Source: Heterodontus francisci (lineage: Eukaryota). From it: a DNA stretch of 64,000 nucleotides. The translations under genes and the position numbers were made by a program. The notes under the pieces are model-generated. The model was not told the DNA's origin and did not search any database. It worked only from the letters and a program-made list of their open reading frames with translations. The stretch covers positions 61,271,833 through 61,335,832 of the forward strand of contig NC_090378.1 in NCBI RefSeq assembly GCF_036365525.1, in the 5' to 3' direction. This document shows positions 58,986-64,000 of this stretch, piece after piece (within the stretch, counting starts at the first letter, position 1; each line of letters begins with the position of its first letter).

Positions 58986-59879
58986 TGGTAATTCTCAAGT
59001 CCTTGCCCTATAAATGTTAAATGAGTGCAAGTATTTCACTGATATGTTCGTCTAGTCTAAATCAGATTATTGTAAATACAACTTGATCTCCCATAGCACT
59101 ATACATGAGGAATTAAGAACAACTGTTGTTTTAAGGAGAAACCAGGTCCATGTCTGGGGATAAGTGGGCATGAGGACACAGATGTAATTCAGTCCTCAAT
59201 TAAAAGATTGTGCATTCTGTGGATGTATGAATTCACAGTGGGAAATTTGACAGAAAATGCAAGCAGATGTCAATTTTTTTTTTATTTGTAGTCAATCACC
59301 TATGGCATTGCACACCTGAAGTCAAGACCAAATGTAGATTTTAGGGGAAGTGGTCTTAAAAGTAGAGTGCATAGATGTAATTCAATCTCCCTTTTAAAGT
59401 CACATGTTATACTTTTAATTTCATTATAATTTTCCATACCCACATTTATAATGCAAACTGTCTATGTAAACTTGTCACGTTGCCATTATACCTTTCTGCC
59501 AGTGATGATGCTTCAGTGGGAGGGGGCGTTTGGGGGGAGGAGAAGTGAGAGGGATGGAGCAGCAGGTGGGGAGGAATGGTTAGAGGAGCAGAGAAGGGGA
59601 GGATACAATGGTTGAACTTATAGTTCATAAAGGAAGATGTGAAGGGGGAGTAATCTTAATTTTCACCTCTTTGGCATAATTTCTTCCCCTTTCCTCTTCT
59701 CTCCATCTCTTCGTTCTCCCCACCTCTTCCCCTCTCTGTCTTATCCCTCCCTTCTCTCCTCCATGTCATCCTTTCCTCTCAACTACCTCTACTTCCTCCT
59801 CCTGTTTCCCCTTTTCCCTTCCTCTTACCCATCTCCCTTTTCCCTGTAGGATGTATGTATGTTTAGCATTTGAACTGGC

Positions 59880-60410
59880 CACGTGCATAACTGCAATTTT
59901 TGTTAATACTGGCCTGATCCCCCCAGCACATCTAGTTCTGCTTGTATCAGTTCAGAATCCTGTCCTGTCCTAACTCTCACATGTATCTTGGTATCATCTA
60001 CAAACTTGTGGAATGTTCCCCAAAAGCCTACACCTAGATTGTTAATTAAAATGGTATATAGTTCTAACATCAATCCCTGTGAGACACCACTGGTAACCAA
60101 TCCCCAAGCAGATCTATTTACAACTACAGTCTGTCTATAGGTTTTCAGCCAATTCTCAATCCACTGTACCAAATGACCACTAATTCCACAGGATCCTAGT
60201 TGGAAAGAAGCCTCTTATTAAAAGCTTCCTGAAAGTCCAGGTAGGCAATATTGCTCATCCACTAACCTGGTGATTTATTCCAAAAAAAAAATCCAATCAG
60301 GTTAGTAAGATGCAGCATTCTTTTCTGGAAGCCAAGTTGGGTTTCTCAGGCCTTTTCTGTCTAAATGGTCATATAGTACATCCCTAATGATTCCCTTGAA
60401 CATCTTGCCC
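59880..60410 (-). mobile_element. Old CR1 RT fragment
   Basis: WIENWL...VTSGVSQG...KFVDDTK in ORF 59903-60172. Confidence 0.7.
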
Positions 60411-60699
60411 ATTACTGACAAGTCAATGGACCTTTTGTTACCCAGTCTCCCCTTTTAAAAATATTACCACCTTGTGTGACCATGTGTTTTAAAGTTATTA
60501 GTAGGTGGGAACTAATTGAAGTAGTCAACCTAATGCAAATAATGAAAGGATCAGTTTCTTTCCTGAGCTGAAGAAAATCCTTCCATCCAGCCACAGACTG
60601 TCTCATCAGCTTTTCCATGAGCATGTACATAGTGATACTTATACTTTTAGCTATAGCGGATATAATGGACATTATTTGCATTGTTTTAACTCTATTGCT

Positions 60700-61090
60700 A
60701 TTAGTGCCACGCCAGAGGCTTGAGTAAAAATTCCAGACTGACACTCAATTTGCAGTACTGAGGGAGTGCATCAATGTCGGATGAAATGATAAACCGAGGC
60801 CCCTTCTGCACGGTCAGGCGGACATAAAAAAAAGTCCCCGGCACTATTTCGAAGAAGAGCAGGAGAGTTATCCTGGTGTCTTAGCCAATGTTTATCCCTC
60901 AATCAACATCACTAAAACAGATGATCTGGTCATTATCACACTTTTGTGGGAGCTTGCTGTGCCCAAATTGGCTGCTGCATTTCTTACATTATAACAGTGA
61001 CTACACTTCAAAAGTACTTCATTCGCTGTGAAGTGCTTTGGGATGTCCTGCGATCATGACAGATGCTATATGAATGCAAGTTTTGTCTCT
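60700..61090 (+). mobile_element. Deu-domain SINE (SacSINE1/AmnSINE-related)
   Basis: CAGTACTGAGGGAGTGC...AAACCGAGGCCCC...GGCACTATTTCGAAGAAGAGCAGG...TGTGGGAGCTTGCTGTGC..AAATTGGCTGC...GCTTTGGGATGTCCTG. Confidence 0.75.
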
Positions 61091-63164
61091 TTTAAGAAGT
61101 GTAACAGTAGTACTCCAATAAGGGAAGGAACACTTGGTTTCATCAGTCTCTTCGGCTTACTTTTTAGTTCTGCTTAAAATGGCAACATTGTCTTCCAGTA
61201 AAAATAAAACAATCCTTGCACATCACTTGACAGATTTGTGAACACAGAAAAGCAATCCATGGTGCACTGATGCCACAGTCACTGATCGCTTCTGTGCCAC
61301 TGAATTAACATTATTTAGAAACAGTGAAGGGTTGCAGTAATTCCAAACAGAACAGATCAACATCCGCTGCTCTGCATATTTACCATTGGTGTTCAATTTG
61401 GCAAACTTTCAGTAGAGCTTTCAGGATGGCCTATTCCCCATTGCTTCAGGGTGATAGCTAATTTAGGATATTTGATGTAACATACACAATATTGGACACT
61501 CGACAACTCAATACTCATTGACCTTAATCTGACCCAATCCCCACATTATAACCATCACTGAAGCTGTTATCAGATTTGTGCCAAACAAATGCAGCAAAAT
61601 CAGACCTGATTCTACTCATGTACATCAGTAACAAGAAAGTCAGAAAAATGAGCCTCCTGTAATGTCGAGTCCTGTTGATTTACTACTAAACAAAACACGA
61701 AAACAAAATATGATTCCTATTTTACTGCATTTTCAGAGAATTGGCTTCAGTTTCAAGTATTAGCTTCTTTTAAATTTTTACAACCTGAAAATTAAAATTA
61801 AGGAAACCACTGACTTTAAATCTGCTCTTTATCTCACCATGAAGTCGGTTTTAAAAAAGTGAACATATGGGTAGGAAAGAGGCAACATTAAATATCTATT
61901 AAGTTAAATGGCACCCAATTGTTCTGCGTATTAAAATTTTAAGCCACATTTGGCTTTTTTGTATGAGCTGGGGGCAGTAGACTAAACCTGAGTTGTTTAC
62001 ATTTTTGAACCATTACTAGGAAAATATAAACATCATGCTCACTGTATTAATTATATATAAGAAACACCTAACCTGAATGTAATACTACTGCACAGTTTGT
62101 GGAAAGCAACCAAGCCGTTTATACCATCTCATGGTCTTGAAAGTGTAATTGTATTTTACATCAATAAATCACCAAAGTACTTAGTATTTGAAAGATACAA
62201 AAACTTGAACTAATCAGCAATAGTTTATAATTTTCTCAAAATTCAAACACTATTAACCATGCTATAATTTGATTTTTAATTTATGAATTACTACTGCATT
62301 GGATGAAACTAAAACAAATGCTTGATTAAATTGGCAGGAATTATTCATTTTTTTTCTCTTAGCAATTTTGTATTAGAATAATTTGAAAGAGGATTTATCT
62401 TAATTCCTCATAAACAGTGGAATTAATTCGCCTTGATAACATGGATTATCTGTACAGCATTAAAGTATAATTTTATTTTGCAACATGTTTTCTATTTATC
62501 TATGTTCATAAAAATATAACTGTATAAAAATACTTTAATGGCTGCAGAACAGCCAACCGACAGGGACAAAAGTAGTAGGCCTAAAATGGTTGGCTGCTGG
62601 CCAGCGGGGTCAGGGAATAGCAGTGCAGTGCAAACATGAAGCAGTAGCAATGGAGGCCAATGGAAGGAGGCAGCAGGCCAAAACCGGCTGGCTGCTTTAA
62701 AAGTTGAGAATGGGTTTGGGCGGTTAACAGTTGAGAACAGGCCTGAAGCTTTAATGGGCAGGGGGGATGAAGCAGACTGGATTCCTTGGGGGTCTAGGAA
62801 GCTAGAGGAGACACAGAGCAGGGCAGTGACAGGAGACACATTATCCTCGGAGACACAGCATGGGGCACTGACAAGGAGGCTGCTGTTGCCATAAAAGAGC
62901 AGGGGAGAGGAAACCCTGCAATTCAACTGTAAAACATTTAATTTATGTATGAACTTTTGTAAACTTTAAATTCTGTTTTTTTTAAAACATCGACTTGTCT
63001 GAGCAGAAAAGTCACTCAAAATAAAACGGTGGTGGAAATTTTGGGAAAAGTTCACAAATTTGCATGGCCAATGGTCAGATTATCTAGTTATATTGTGATA
63101 AGGTTCCATGTGTGAGTTCTATATTTAGTATGAACAAAGGAAATTATATAGGGAAAAGGTTGAC

Positions 63165-64000
63165 AGCATACGAACATACAAATTGGGTGCAGAAGTAGGC
63201 CATTTGGCCCCTTGAGCCTGCTCTGCCATTCAAATAAGATCATGATCTGTTTGCGCCTCGAATTCCACACTCCCATCTACTCCCGAAAACCTTTTGATTC
63301 CCTTATCTCCACTTTAAAAGTATTCAATGACCCTCCCTCCACCACCTTCTGAGGCAGAGAGTTCCAAAGTCGCACAACCCTCAGAGAAAAGATTTCTCAT
63401 CTTAGTTTAGTTTAGAGATACAGCACTGAAACAGGCCCTTCGGCCCACCGAGTCTGTGCCGACCATCAACCACCCATTTATACTAATTCGACACTAATCC
63501 CATATTCCTACCACATCCCCACCTGTCCCTATATAATTCCCTACCACCTACCTATACTAGGGGCAATTTATAATTGCCAATTAACCTATCAACCTGCAAG
63601 TCTTTGGCATGTGGGAGGAAACCGGAGCACCCGGAGGAAACCCACGCAGACACGGGGAGAACTTACAAACTCCACGCAGGCAGTACCCAGAATTGAACCC
63701 AGGTCGCTGGAGCTGTGAGGCTGCGGTGCTAACCACTGTGCCTAAAAGGGCAACCCCTAATTTTAAAACCGTGCCCCCTAGTTCTGGACTCTCACCCACA
63801 AGAGGAAGCATCCTTTCCACATCCACCTTGTCAAGACCGTTCAGGATCTTATAAACTTCAATCAAGTCTCCTCTCACTCTTCTAAACTCCAGTGAAAACA
63901 AGCCCAGTCCAATTCTTCCTCATAAGACAACCTGCTCATATCAGGTATCAATCTCGTAAGCCTCCTCTAAACCACCTCCAATGCATTTACATCCTTCCTT
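63165..64000 (-). mobile_element. CR1 3' region (runs off the window) containing a V-SINE
   Basis: FSLEFRRVRGDLIEVYKILNGLDKVDVERM in ORF 63581-63901. Confidence 0.82.
63403..63741 (-). mobile_element. tRNA-derived V-SINE (HE1-like)
   Basis: Same family as 22521-22850 and 46815-47150. Confidence 0.87.

Noticed and set aside
59292-59320. Candidate MYSM1 exon 6 after the acceptor-like TTTTATTTGTAG
   Set aside because: The required frame hits TGA within 9 codons and lacks the SANT-domain WT.EE motif.
62492-62926. 144-aa minus-strand ORF within MYSM1 intron 5
   Set aside because: Non-ATG start, no recognisable domain and no supporting exon structure.

Overview
This is vertebrate genomic DNA, most likely from a cartilaginous fish. 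That inference rests on HE1-like V-SINEs, Deu-domain SINEs, CR1/RTE/Penelope LINE content, long introns and a caiap-type gene. Three host genes lie in tandem on the + strand. (1) A CARD + ankyrin-repeat inflammasome adaptor with one coding exon (caiap, 16668-18899). (2) A five-exon, ~280-aa gene (27315-37639) missed by the ORF track, whose N-terminal ~115 aa align by eye with the spliceosomal factor ISY1 but which is not ISY1 itself. (3) The first five coding exons of MYSM1 (38151-58311, continuing beyond the window), including a U12-type intron. The rest is mostly transposable elements and tandem repeats; the >1000-aa ORFs at 27.4-31.2 kb are minisatellite artefacts. The most notable observations are: a U_UUA_AAC -1 slippery site joining ORF1 to an AUG-less ORF2 in a CR1 element, with the same site kept in a second divergent CR1; the ISY1-like paralog with a repeat-encoded uORF chain in its leader; an antisense copy of MYSM1 exon 5 plus its flank inside MYSM1 intron 1; and minimal hammerhead ribozymes in two Penelope-like elements with clear target-site duplications. 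All calls were made by eye without database searches, and repeat boundaries are approximate unless a TSD is given.
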